Positions 26,810 through 38,288 of a stretch of DNA of 64,000 nt are shown in pieces. Each line of letters begins with the position of its first letter. Position 1 is the stretch's first letter. Origin of the DNA: Hypanus sabinus. Lineage: Eukaryota. Below the pieces are notes generated by a model. The model was not told the DNA's origin. It ran no database searches and saw only the letters and a program-made list of their open reading frames with translations. The position numbers were made by a program, and so were the translations under genes. The stretch is from contig NC_082724.1 of NCBI RefSeq assembly GCF_030144855.1, forward strand, positions 27,528,001 through 27,592,000, read 5' to 3'.

Positions 26810-29288
26810 CAAAAAGACCCTGATGGGAGTTATGTACAGACCCCCAAACAGTAGTAAGGATGTCTTTTACATATTACAATAGGAGATAGAAAGTGCGTGC
26901 CAAAAAGGCAGTGTTACGACAGAAATGGGGGATTTCAATATGCAACTAGATTGGGAAAACCAGATTGGTGCTGGATCGCAAGAGGGAGAATTTCTAGAAT
27001 GCCTACAAGATGGCTTCATAGAGCAGCTCCTGTTAAGCCCATGAGGGACCAGCTATTCTGGATTGGGTGTTGTGCAGTGAATCAGAATTGATTAATGACT
27101 TTAAGGTAAAAGAACCCTTTGGGGAAAATGATCATAATATGATTAGATTCACCCTGAAATTTGAGAAGGAGAATTACAGAGGCATGAGAGAGGAGTTGGC
27201 CAAAACTGATTGGAAAAGAACACTGGCAGGAATGATGGCAGAGCAGCAATGGCTGAAATTTCTGGAAGTAACTCAGAAGGCACAGGATATATACACCACA
27301 AAAAGGGCGAAGGATTCTAAAGGCAAGATGGCACATCCATGGCAAACAAGAAGGTCAAAGCCAAAGATTAAAATTAGCAAAATTAGTGGGAAGTTAGAGG
27401 ATTGGGAAACTTTTAACAACCAACAAACGCCAACTGAGAAAGTTATTCAGAAGGAAAAGATGGAATGCGAGAGTAAGCTAGCCAATAATACTAAAGAGGC
27501 TGCCACAAGTTTCTTCAGAGAGAAAAGGTGTAAAAGAGACGCAGGAGTGGGTATCGGACCACTGGAGAAGTAGCAATGGGGACGAGGAAATGGCAGACAA
27601 ACTGAATAATTATTTTTGCATCAGTCTTCACTATTGAAGACACTAGCAGTGTGGTAGAAGTTTTAGAGTGGCAAGGAGCGAGTGAAGTTTCCAATAGCAA
27701 GAAGAAAATGTTTGGGAAGCTAGAAAGTCTGAAGGTAGATAAGTCACCAGGATCAGATGGTGTACACCCCAGTGTTCAGAAAGAGGTGGCTGAAGAGATT
27801 GTGGAGGCATTAATATTAATCTTTCAAGAAGCACTAGATTCTGCAATAGTTCCAAAGACTAAAAAATTGCAGATGTCACTCCACTCTTCATGAAGAGAGA
27901 GAGGCAGAAGAAAGGAAATTATAGGCCAGTTAGTCTGGCCCCAGTGATTAGGAAGATGTTGGAGCCGATTATGAAGGATGATGTCTCAGGGTATTTGGAG
28001 GCACATGATAAAACAGGCAGTTGTCAGTGTGGTTTCCTCAAGGGAAAATCATGCCTGACAAATCTGTTAGAAGTTTTTGAAGAAATAACAAGCAGAATAG
28101 ACAAAGGAGAATCAGTTGATGTTGTGTACTTGGATTTTCAGAAGGCCTTTGACAAGGTGCCACACATGAGACTGCTTAGCAAGTTAAGAGCCCGTGGTAT
28201 TAAAGGAAAAATGGTAGCATGTATAAAGAAGTGACTGATTGGCAGGAGGAAAAGAGTGGGAATAAAGGGAGTCTTTTCTGGTTGGCTGCCGGTGACTAGT
28301 AGTGTTCCACAGGAGTCTGTGTTGGGACTGCTTTTTATGGTTTATGTCAATGACTTGGGTGATGGAATTTATGGCTTTGTTACAAAGTTAGTGGATGATA
28401 TGAAGATAGGTAGAGGGACAAGTAATTTTGAGGAAGTAGAGGGTGACAGAAGAATCTAGATTAGAAAAATGGACAAAAGAAGTGGCAGATGGAATGTAGT
28501 GTCGGGAAGCACTTTGCTAGAAAAGATAAAGCAGTAGATTATTTTCCACAGGGAGAGAAAAATTCAGAAGTCTGAAGTGCACAGACTCTTGGGAGTCCTT
28601 GTGCAGGATTCCCTAAATGTTAATTTAAGGGTTAAGTCTGTGATAAGGAAGGCAAATGTGACATTAGCATTCATTCATTTCAACAGGATTAGAATATAAA
28701 AACAAGGGTGTAATGTTGAGGCTTTATAAAGTACTGGTGAGCTCTCACTTGGAGTATTATGTGCACTTTTGGGCCCCTTATCTAAGAAAGGATGTGCTGA
28801 CACTGGAGAGAGTTCAAAAGAGTTTTGTGAAAATGATTACAGGTGTGATTGGCTTGTCATATGAAGAGTGTTTGATGTCTGTAGGCCTGTTATCACTAGA
28901 ATTCAGAAAAAATGAAACATATTGAATGGTGAAAAGTCTTGATAGAGTGGATAGGAAGAGGATGTTTTCAAAGGTGGAAGATTCTAGGACCAGGAGACAC
29001 AGCCTCACAATAGAGCAGTGTCCTTTTAGAACAGAGAAGAAGCTATATTCCTTTAGCCAGAGGGTGGTGAATCTGTGGAATTCTTTCCCACAGGCAGCTG
29101 TGGAGGCCAAGGCTTTACAAATATTTCAGGCAGAGGTTGATACATTCTTGATTGGTCACTGCATGAAGGGACACAGAGAGAAAGCATGAGATTGGAGCTG
29201 AAAGAAATAATGGAGCAGCTATGACAAAATGGCAGAGAAGACCCAATGGGCCAAATAGTCTCATTCTGCTCCTATATCTTATGGTATA
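26810..29288 (+). mobile_element. CR1 LINE, ~2.5 kb, endonuclease-RT-3' end, frameshifted
   Basis: GVMYRPPNS; MGDFN; GNYRPVSL; KSCLTNLLEVFEE; VDVVYLDFQKAFDKVPH; FSQRVVNLWNSFP; tail ctcctatatcttatggt. Confidence 0.95.
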
Positions 29289-29329
29289 TACAGAAGGATT
29301 TAGTATTTCAAATCCATAACTCACTAAAA

Positions 29330-29592
29330 GTGGTCATGGATGTTGATAATGTGGTAATGTAGGCATATGTCATGCATGCTTTCATTGGATGGACCATTAA
29401 GAATACAAGTACAGAAGTTATGTTGCAGCTATGTCAAACGTTGGTTAGGCAATACGTGGAGTTTTATGTATTCTTGCAGTCACTCCATTACAGGAAGGAT
29501 GGGGATGGTTTGTGAGGGGTACAGAAGGGACTTGCAGGGTGTTGCCTTAATTAGAAGGTATCAGCTATAAGATGAGGTTGGACTAACTTGGC
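29330..29592 (+). mobile_element. CR1 internal fragment
   Basis: Decayed EVMLQLCQTLVR..QSLHYRKD segment. Confidence 0.6.
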
Positions 29593-30221
29593 AAACATGA
29601 GGAAATCTGCAGATGCTGGAAATTCAAACAACACACACAAAATGCTGGTGGAACGCAGCAGGCCAGGCAGCATTTATAGAGAGAAGCGCAGTTTACATTT
29701 TGGGCTGTCTGGGCCTTATATTCCGTCTGGGTAGCCTCCAACCTGATGGCATGAACATTGATTTCTCTAACTTCTGTTAATGCCCCTCCTCCCTTTCTCA
29801 CCTCACTCCTTATTTATTTATTCTCTCCCCCCCCCCCTTTTTTCTCTCTCTTTTTTGTCTGTCCCTCTCACAATCACTCCTTGCCTGCTCTCCATCTTAC
29901 TCTGGTGCTCCCCTCCCCCTTTCTTTCCCCCTAGGCCGTCCCATGATCCTCTCCCTTCTCCAGCTCTGTATACCTTTTGCCAATCAACTTTCCAGCTCTT
30001 AGCTTCATCCCTTCCCATCCTGTCTTCTCCTATCATTTTGGATCTCCCCATCCCACTTTCAAATCTCTTACCATATCTTCATTCAGTTAGTCCTGACAAA
30101 GAGTCTCAGCCCGAAACATCGACTGTACTTCTTCCTATAAAAGCTGCCTGGCCTGCTGTGTTCCACTGGCAGTTTGTGTGTGTTGCTTGAATTTCCAGCA
30201 TCTGCAGATTTCCTCGTGTTT
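29593..30221 (+). mobile_element. Penelope-like element 3' end with an inverted terminal repeat
   Basis: Arms 29593-29707 and 30107-30221 are inverted; 29718-29776 encodes the GIY-YIG C-terminus LIFRLGSLQPDGMNIDFSNF. Confidence 0.85.
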
Positions 30222-31442
30222 ACATAGAGAATAATCTAACTAGCTTGGAGGAAGTAATGAAAAATCTTCCCCATCACAATGAGAAATTGGATTATTGAGC
30301 TGAAAGAATACATCTTGGTCCAAATCTATGTGTTGATGGACTGAAACTTGTTACAGAGAAGAATGATGTTTTCATGAAATCCAAACATCATGGAAAGTTG
30401 CAAAGCCTTGTTATTTTCTGGGATTGATTCAATAATATTCTGGATTACAATGGCACTAAATTGCACTGAATTGTTAACAAGTGCAAGAAATGTACTTAAA
30501 CTGATGTGTAAAGGAATGATACAATATTTTGAAATGCATTTCTGTGCTTCATGTTAATGGTATGAACACTACCACCATTCATGTTCATGGGCTAGAAAAG
30601 CCTACGTTTACTTTATGTAAATGTAGCTATTTTCATATTGAGTAAGAAACACAAGTAATTATCTTCAATGGGTTAAATTACATTTTCTGTCTAGTTGGAT
30701 TAACAATGAAGACGTCAAAAGAAATTACATACTGTCATTCAAACCAACATTTCAGCTTTTGTTTTGCTGAAGTAAGATATCCAAATCAAACTTTCCTGGT
30801 TGTTCTATATATTTTTTGTAATTATTTAAGAAAAAGCTGCAGATCAGAAAATGATGAGAACTGAAGAAGAATATTTAATCGGCTCGCCTGATCGCAAGAT
30901 GCATTTTGAGAAATTTGAAGCACGTGCTCAGCAACATTCTCCAAGTTCAACAGTCTTCAGAGCAGAACTATTACATTCAGTTGCAGCTTGTTAGGGAAAG
31001 GACTAGCTTTCAAGCAACAACTTCAGCTAACTAAATTAATGGATTATCAGTTAAATTAGTAAATTAATTTATTGTGCTATTCAAAAAAGTGTGCAGCTAT
31101 TTTAACATTTTGTTTAAAATTTAAATGTTGTTGTTTAGTTTTATTTTGTTTACTCTTTTAGGATCTGGGCGTGTCTAGGACTTATTGACCATCCCTAGTC
31201 ACCTTTAAGAAGGGGAATGTAGTTCTAGAGCATGGTTGGGGAGGAAATTCCACAGTTTTAAATTGTTGTCTGCCCTGGAATATCTGGTCACATCTAATTT
31301 GAAAACATTTGATGAAACATGCAAGGTCATAGGAAGTGTTGCATAGTAAGGAGATTTTGTGTATGAGAGAGACTTTTAAAATGTTGTTTTGAGTTCAAGC
31401 CAATGTGTGTTAACAACATTTTATCATCCTGCTATCTTTCAG

Positions 31443-31591
31443 TTGCTGTGCTGCTGAAGGATGATTATTTTGTTAGCGGAGCTGACCTTCCAACCAGACT
31501 TAAAGCAGAAAAACTGGAATTTCACTGGGGTCAGAATTGGAGTTCTCCAGGTTCAGAACACAGCCTGAATGGAAAAAGATACCCTATTGAG
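31443..31591 (+). CDS. PTPRG: PTPRG coding exon (equivalent to human exon 4), carbonic anhydrase-like domain
   Basis: Acceptor ctatctttcAG at 31441-31442 and donor GTGAGA at 31592; 149 nt, phase 1-0. Joins the upstream exon in frame (A|TT = Ile): [50 protein letters not shown], versus recalled [35 protein letters not shown]...GSEHSINGRRFPVE. Confidence 0.96.
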
Positions 31592-31694
31592 GTGAGAAAA
31601 GAGAGAACCAGATGCAACAGAATTTCACCTGATTATAAATGTGTCCTTATGATTGAAGAGTTGATTTTTTGTGGATTAATTGGACCTGGATTTC

Positions 31695-31880
31695 AATCAC
31701 AGAGTCAGAATCAGGTTTATTATTACTGTCTTATATGACATTTTTTTGTTTTGTGGCAGCAGTATGGTGCAAAAACATAAAACTACTATAAATTGCAAAA
31801 TAAATAGTGTAAAAGAAAAGGGTTAATGGGTTTACGGGCCACTCAATGACAATGGAGGGGAAGAAGCTGCTTTTGTGTTT
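31695..31880 (-). mobile_element. Rex1-type LINE 3' tail, ~100 bp downstream of the PTPRG exon
   Basis: agaatcaggtttattattactg..ttttgtggcagcagtatggtgcaa is antisense to the tail at 9105-9172. Confidence 0.7.
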
Positions 31881-32074
31881 GACGGTAATAAAATCTCTTA
31901 AAGATGTTGCTATTAGCATGTTGCTTTTTGAGTTGGCCACTGATGGGGAAGAAGAGCAACCCACTATTTCCAATGCAATTCAGAAGACTGATTACAGTGC
32001 ATAAAGCATAACTTGTATATGTTACTTATTGACTTGAGCCACTTGTTGGTGAGAAATAGTTGAAGGAAATATTA

Positions 32075-33040
32075 AAGTTCAAAATAAACTTTCTTATCAG
32101 AGTACATATATATCACTGCATACAACCCTGAGTTTTTTTTTTGGGAATACTTAGTAAATCTATAAAACAGTAACAGTAAACTGTAAACATCAGGAACTGT
32201 AAACTAACTGTGCAAATGCAGATATAAGTAAATAGCAATAAATAATGAGCATGAAATAACAATATAACAGAGTCCTTAAATGAGTGTGTCTGTCCCCTTT
32301 TGGTCAAGAACCTGATGGCTGAATTGAAGTAAATGTTCTTGAATCTGTTGGTGTGAGTCCTGAGGCACTTGTACCTTCTACCTGATGGCAGCAGCGAGGA
32401 AAGATCATGGCCTGGGTGGTGAGGATCTTTGATGACGGATGCTGCTTTTCTACAGCAATATTTTATGCAGATGTGCTCAATGGTTGTGAAGGTATCCACC
32501 ACCTTTTGGAGCATTTTCCACTCAAAGGCATTGGTGTTTCCAAACCGGGCCATAATGGGGCCAATCAGCACACTTTCCACCACTCATCTATAGAAGTTTG
32601 TGAAGGTTTTCAATGACATGCCAAACCTCCACAGACTCCTGAGGAAATAGAGGTGCTACTGTGCTTTCTTTGCAATAATGTTTGTGTGATGGATCCAGGG
32701 CAAGCCCTCTGAGATAGTGACACCTAGGAATTTAAAGTTACTGACTCTCTCCACCTCAGATCCTCCGATGATTACTGGCTCATAGATCTCAGGTCTCCCT
32801 CTTCTGAAGTCTACAATCAGATCATCTGTCTTATTAACATTGAGTGAGAGGATGTTGTTATTGCACCACTCAGGAAAGTTTTCGGTCTCCCTCCCGTAAA
32901 GCAAGTAAAACAAGGGCTAAGTACACATCCCTGCAGTGCGCCTGTGTTGATGGAGATTGTGGAGGAGATGTTGTTGCCAATCCAAAATGATGGGGGTTTA
33001 GAAGTGAGGAAATTCAGAATTCAACTGTGCAAGGGGGTAT
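32075..33040 (-). mobile_element. Rex1/Babar-type LINE, RT to 3' end
   Basis: Minus ORFs 32656-32913 (WCNNNILSLNVNKTDDLIVDFRR..FKFLGVTISE) and 32113-32583 (KAASVIKDPHHPGHDLSSLLPSGRRY). Confidence 0.92.
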
Positions 33041-33184
33041 TGTACATTTCAGAATAATATTTGAAAAACTATCAAGAAAAATTAAGTTTGTATGAATCAT
33101 GCAAAGCATTTTAGTGTGATAAATTTGTAAACACGTTGCTAATTTTGCTTCTCCACTTAAAGATTGAGTACAACCTTTGAACAA

Positions 33185-34055
33185 CACTGGACTGGCCCTT
33201 CAACCCACGATGTTGTACGGACCTTTTAAACCTACGCCAGGATCAATCTAACCCTTCCCTCACTCCTAGTCCTCCATTTACCTTTTTTCCCTGTGCCTAT
33301 TCAAGAGTCCCTTAAATATCTCTAATCTGTCTGCCCCTACCATCATCCCCAGCAGTGTTTTCAATGCACTTAGCACTTCCTGTGTTTTTTTTAAAAATAT
33401 ATGCTGCCTTGGACTTCATCCTTCCTATACTTTATTCAAATCACTTTAAAAGTATGTCTTCTCATATTGCCAATCTGGGAAGAAAGCACTGACTGCCCAC
33501 TCATCTATGCCTCTTATCATCTTGTACACCTCTATCATGTCACCTCTCATCCTCCATTTCTCCAAAGAGAAAAACCCTCACTTGCTCAATCTTTCCTCAT
33601 AGGATGTTCTTTGAATCTCCTTTGCACCATTACTAAAGCTTCCACACTCTTCCTGTAATAAGGTGACCATTACAGGAAGTGAACACAATATTCTAATGGT
33701 GCTCCAACCAGAGTGTTATAAAGCTGTAACATTACTAAGAGGCTCTTGAACTCCCATGAACTATGAATGCTGACACACAATATGCCTTCTTAACCACCCT
33801 ATCCTTGAGGGATCTGTTGATTTGGACCCAAGATCCCTGCTCCTCCACACTGCCAGAAATCCTGCCATTAATCTTGTTACACTGCCTTCAAGTTCGACTT
33901 TCAAGAAGTGAATCACTTCCCACTTCTCTGGATCAAACTCCATCGGTCACTTCTCAGTGCAATTTTGCATCCTATCCTATTAGTGACCCATTATAAACTA
34001 CAACCTATTACACTACTCACAACATCACAAAATCTTCATGTCACCTGCAAACTAG
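33185..34055 (-). mobile_element. CR1 LINE 3' part
   Basis: Minus ORF 33761-33943 MEFDPEKWEVIHF; CR1 tail near 33185-33260. Confidence 0.8.
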
Positions 34056-34059
34056 CCAC

Positions 34060-34662
34060 TGTTCAACCTTTAGCATTCATTTCATGAGGGCTAGAATTTA
34101 AGAACAAGGATGTAATGTTGAGGCTTTATAACGCATTGGTCACACTGTGTTGGAGTATTGAGTATCGGAGTATTATCTAAAACAAGATGTACTGCCATTG
34201 CAGGTTCACAAGAATGACTCCAAGATTGAAAACTTTAACATATGAGAAGTGTTTTTGATGGCTCTTGGCCTATACTCACTGGAGTTCATTGAAACCTGTT
34301 GAATATTGAAGGGCCTAGATAGAGTGGTGAAGGAGAGGATGTTTCCTGGAGTGGATGAAACTAAGATCAGAGGGCACAGCCTCACAATAGAGGAATGTCC
34401 ATTAAGAGTAGAGATGAGGAGGAATTTCTTTAGCCAGAGGATGGTCAATATGTGGAATTCATTGCCAGGCATGGCTGTGGAGGCCACATCATTGACTATA
34501 CTTAAAACGGAAGTTGATAACCTTTGACATCATAACTAATCAAGAAATTATGGGAAGAAGACAGGAGAAAGGAGTTGAGAGGGATAATAAATCAGCCATG
34601 ATGGAATGGCAGAATAGACTCAATGAGCTAAATGGCCTACTTCTGCTGTATCTTATGGTCTT
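34060..34662 (+). mobile_element. CR1 LINE 3' part
   Basis: ORF 34306-34527 RRNFFSQRMVNMWNSLP; tail tatcttatggtctt. Confidence 0.88.
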
Positions 34663-35293
34663 AACCTTTAGGAAATCCTACACTAGGACTCCCTAGTCCC
34701 TTTGCATTTGTGATTTTACTACAAGAGCTAACTTTTTACTTAACATACTGAGCAGCATATGACAGTTAATTGGTTTCTGTTCTGCTGAATAACTATTTGC
34801 TTCTTAGGCCTGAGTACAGATGCATCTTTGGCTGGGTTATAGAGAATGGCTTTTGTCATTGACATTTAAGAAGACAGTTACATTTTCCTTCATTCGCTTC
34901 CATTTGGGTTTCCTGCAATGATAAGTCATTTTCCAAGTGAATAGGTAGGCAATCTTTTGTGAATCCAACCATCTAGCTGTATAACAAGCTAGTATCAGAT
35001 AATGAGGCTGGTCCATGGTTTCGTTCACTAAATATGTTCAATTTCGTCAGTATGGAAATGAAAACACAAAAACGAAATTGGCATTTTTTCTGTGGCACCT
35101 ACTGTTCAAAAGTACTGTGAAGCTTGTGTGTGTTACTTTGGATTTCCAGCATCTGCAGTAATTCTCCTGTTTATGTTAGATTTGCTGGAGAACATGATTT
35201 GATTTGCACCTAAGATTGACAATATCATGTGATGCTTGACTTTATGGACTGTGGACACTGATCTTGTTTCAATTTATTAAGATTTGTAAAAAT

Positions 35294-36136
35294 AGTTCAA
35301 TTTAGTATCAGAGAATTTATGCAGGTACAACCTGAAATTCTCACTCTTCGCAGACGTCCACGGAACAAAGATCCAAAGAATGAATGAGAGAAAATCAGAA
35401 CCTCAAACCCCAGTCCCCCTCCCACACATAAGCAGCAGCAAAAGCTTAAACCCTCCCCTCACTTGCTCTCGCAAAAGCATCAACCTCCTCCCCCAATGCA
35501 AGCAATAACAAAGCCCCCAAAGAGACCATGATCTAGAGTCCATCAAAAAGCTACTGTCCATCCCAGCCCTCCTGACATCTCAAACAGGCTCTCTCCCACC
35601 ACTGTGAGAGAGCGATATCGCTCCTGCAGCAAACAAGAAACAGAGACTAGCGGTTCGCTGTTTCAGTGTTACAATCTGCCCCATCACTTGTCCAAGTCCT
35701 CCGACTTGAGGACCAATGGGCTGTCAGTCACCTTCAAAAGAGAGAGCGAGGGATCGCTCAAATGCAGGGACTCCTTCCGACCACAGCACACACTGCCTGC
35801 TGCCTCAATGTTTCAGTCTTCTGTAACCCCTCATTTGGTGACATCAGTGAGGAACGAGCTCATCCATGAAGGTGCACATGTTCCAGGCCGCATCTGGAGT
35901 TAACAAAACGGCAGGCCAAACAGCGAGTCCAAGAATGAAAACACACTGCCCATGGAGAGCCATAGTTTAGTTTAGGACGAAACTGTAGATCACTGACTTC
36001 AATAGAACTCCAGTGACCTTGAAAAGAAGAGAGAGAGAGAGATGAGAAAAGACAAAGAATAAGCTGTTTCACGGACAAACTGGAAGAAGTCACCTGGGTT
36101 TGCAGAATCTCTGGTGTCATCTTTTCTGGCTCCTCC
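35294..36136 (-). mobile_element. Non-autonomous retroposon (~840 bp), AAGATGACACC head and Rex1-type tail
   Basis: On the minus strand it begins gggaggagccagaaAAGATGACACC. Its tail (agttcaa..atcagag..tacaacctgaaattc on +) resembles the Rex1 tails at 32075 and 41542. A partial second copy lies at 50758-51000. Confidence 0.65.
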
Positions 36137-36806
36137 CACCTCCCATGTGGGAATTACCAAGTGATATACCATCATGTTTTCCAGTAGACATTCTCAACAA
36201 ACTCCATTATACATAATTTTTTTTTACAATTTATTCAGTAAAAACGTGTATTTACATCTGGGCATTGAAACCACAAAACTATTTGGCTTAAAGGTTGTCC
36301 CTGTGAAGCTAAAAACTAATTCACCGTTGACTTTCTTAGCTGATACACAGGTGGGATCACATGGGGGAAAATAAACAAAAAAATGCATGTTGAGGACATG
36401 CTCTTATAAAATAGCTTTATTTGAGCATATACTAAATGTTATAAATATCACTTTCTTAATTATATTTGAGATGACGCTTTTTTGTTCTAATAGTTGTTCC
36501 AGAATTGTAAATTTATTGGAATGATTGTCATTTTTGTTGAACATAGCACAGTAGTCCCATCATGAACTCAGTATCCCTATACCCAATTCCAACTCCCTCT
36601 CCTCACTCAAGTAATTGCAAAAGCTATTTGGATGTGTTTATATATAGAATTGTGCAAGAGGTAAATTATGCCTCTTTTCAGCAAACTCACTGCATGCAAT
36701 TCCCATTATTGTTACTTTAGCTGTCACAGGAATTTTGTTCATCAGCATTCTCCCTATCTTAGTGTGATTCCCGATTCATGCTTATCTTGAGAAACACAGA
36801 CGATTA

Positions 36807-37537
36807 AGAAACATAGAAAAACTACATTACAATACAGGCCCTTTGGCTCACAAAGCTGTGCCAAACATGGCCTTACCTTAGAAATCACCTAGGGTTTCCC
36901 ATAGCCCTCTGTTTTTCTGAGCTCCATGTACCTGTCCAGGAGTCTCTTAAAAAACCATATCGTATCTACCTCCACCACCATTGCCGGCAGCCCATTCCAT
37001 GCACTCAGCACTCTCTGCGTAAAAAACTTACCCCTGACATCTCCTTTGTACCTACTTCCATGCAGCTTAAAACTGTGCCCTCTCCTTCTGGCCACTTCAG
37101 CCCTGGGAAAAAGCCTCCGACTATCCACATGATCAATGCCTTTCATCATCTTATACATCTCTATCAGGTCACCTCTCATCCTCTGTCACTCCAAGGAGAA
37201 AAAGCCGAGTTCACTCAACCTATTCTCATAAGGCATGCTCCCCAATCCAGGCAATATCTTTGTAAATCTCCTCTGCACCCTTTCTATGGTTTCCACATTC
37301 TTGCTATGGTGAGGTGACCAGAATTGAGCACAGTACTCCAAGTTTGGTCTGACCAGGGTCCTAGATAGCCTCAACATTACCTCTCGGCTCCTAAACTCAG
37401 TTCCACGTTTGACGAAGGCCAATACACTGTATGCTTTCTTAACCACAGAGTCAACCTGCGCAGCAGCTCTGAGTGTCCTATGGACTCAGACCCCAAGATC
37501 CCACTGATCCTCCACACTGCCAAGAGTCTTACCATTA
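36807..37537 (-). mobile_element. CR1 LINE 3' end, relatively young
   Basis: Minus ORFs 37186-37446 (TLVRPNLEYCAQFWSP) and 36889-37179 (MRGDLIEMYKMMKG..FFTQRVLSAWNGLP); tail agaaacatagaaaa. Confidence 0.93.
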
Positions 37538-37827
37538 TTGAGGTGTTATTGGAAACATTGTGATATGATAAAATGCAATTTTCAATGGAGGGACATAGAT
37601 GACATACCAGCTGCTAGCTTCTTATGACAACTCACAACAACTCTGTATTCTTTGGTAATAGAAATGATCAATATGAAATCATTTGTTTACCTGCAGTGTA
37701 TCATCATTATCAAGACAGGAGTAATTTGAGACCCACCATCAATCTGTTCATTTTATTTCCCCAGCTGTTACCTTTCTACTTTTAGAACCTGAAATACTGT
37801 GTAAAGTATGTTAGAAGCATTGTTTTT

Positions 37828-38288
37828 AGAAACATAGAAAACCTACAGCACAATACAGGCTCTTCGGCCCACAAAGTTGTGCCGAACATGTCCCTACCTT
37901 AGACATTACTTGGGTTACCCATAGCCCTCTATTTTACTAAGCTCCACGTACCTACCTAAAAGTCTCTTCAAAGACTTTATCGTATCCGCCTCCACCACCA
38001 TTGCCAGCAGCCCATTCCACACATTCACCGTTCTCTGTGTAAAGAACTTACCCCTGACATCTCCTCTGTACCTACTCCTGTGCCCTCTTGTGGTAGCCAT
38101 TTCAGACTTGGTAAAAAGCCCCTGGCTATCCTCACGATCAATGCCTCTCATACACCTCTATCAGGTCACCTCTCATCCTCCATCACTCCAAGGAGAGAAG
38201 GCCAAGTTCACTCAACCTGTTTTCATAAGACACGCTCCCCAATCCAGGCAACATCCTTGTAAATCTCCTCTGCACCCTTTCTATGGTA
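37828..38288 (-). mobile_element. CR1 LINE 3' end, same subfamily as 36807-37537
   Basis: Same tail agaaacatagaaaacctaca; minus ORF 37915-38151 GDVRGKFFTQR..WNGL. Confidence 0.92.

Larger units (their letters stand above)
5739..31442 (+). other. PTPRG: PTPRG intron (25.7 kb, GT-AG) between the two exons
   Basis: Canonical GT..AG ends, compatible phase, and protein continuity KT|IAVLL. Confidence 0.9.

Noticed and set aside
29780-30190. 136 aa Pro/Leu/Ser-rich ORF
   Set aside because: Translation of the polypyrimidine tract of a Penelope element.
5559-31591. Assignment to an active carbonic anhydrase or to PTPRZ1
   Set aside because: The zinc-ligand His is replaced (EFHWG), and the motifs ESSNxTxMKNTGKT and [11 protein letters not shown] are PTPRG-specific as recalled.
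31592-31804. Open frame past the exon donor to 31738 followed by AATAAA (31799-31804): possible truncated secreted isoform
   Set aside because: The extension runs into an antisense Rex1 tail, would leave a half CA domain, and has no transcript support visible from sequence.
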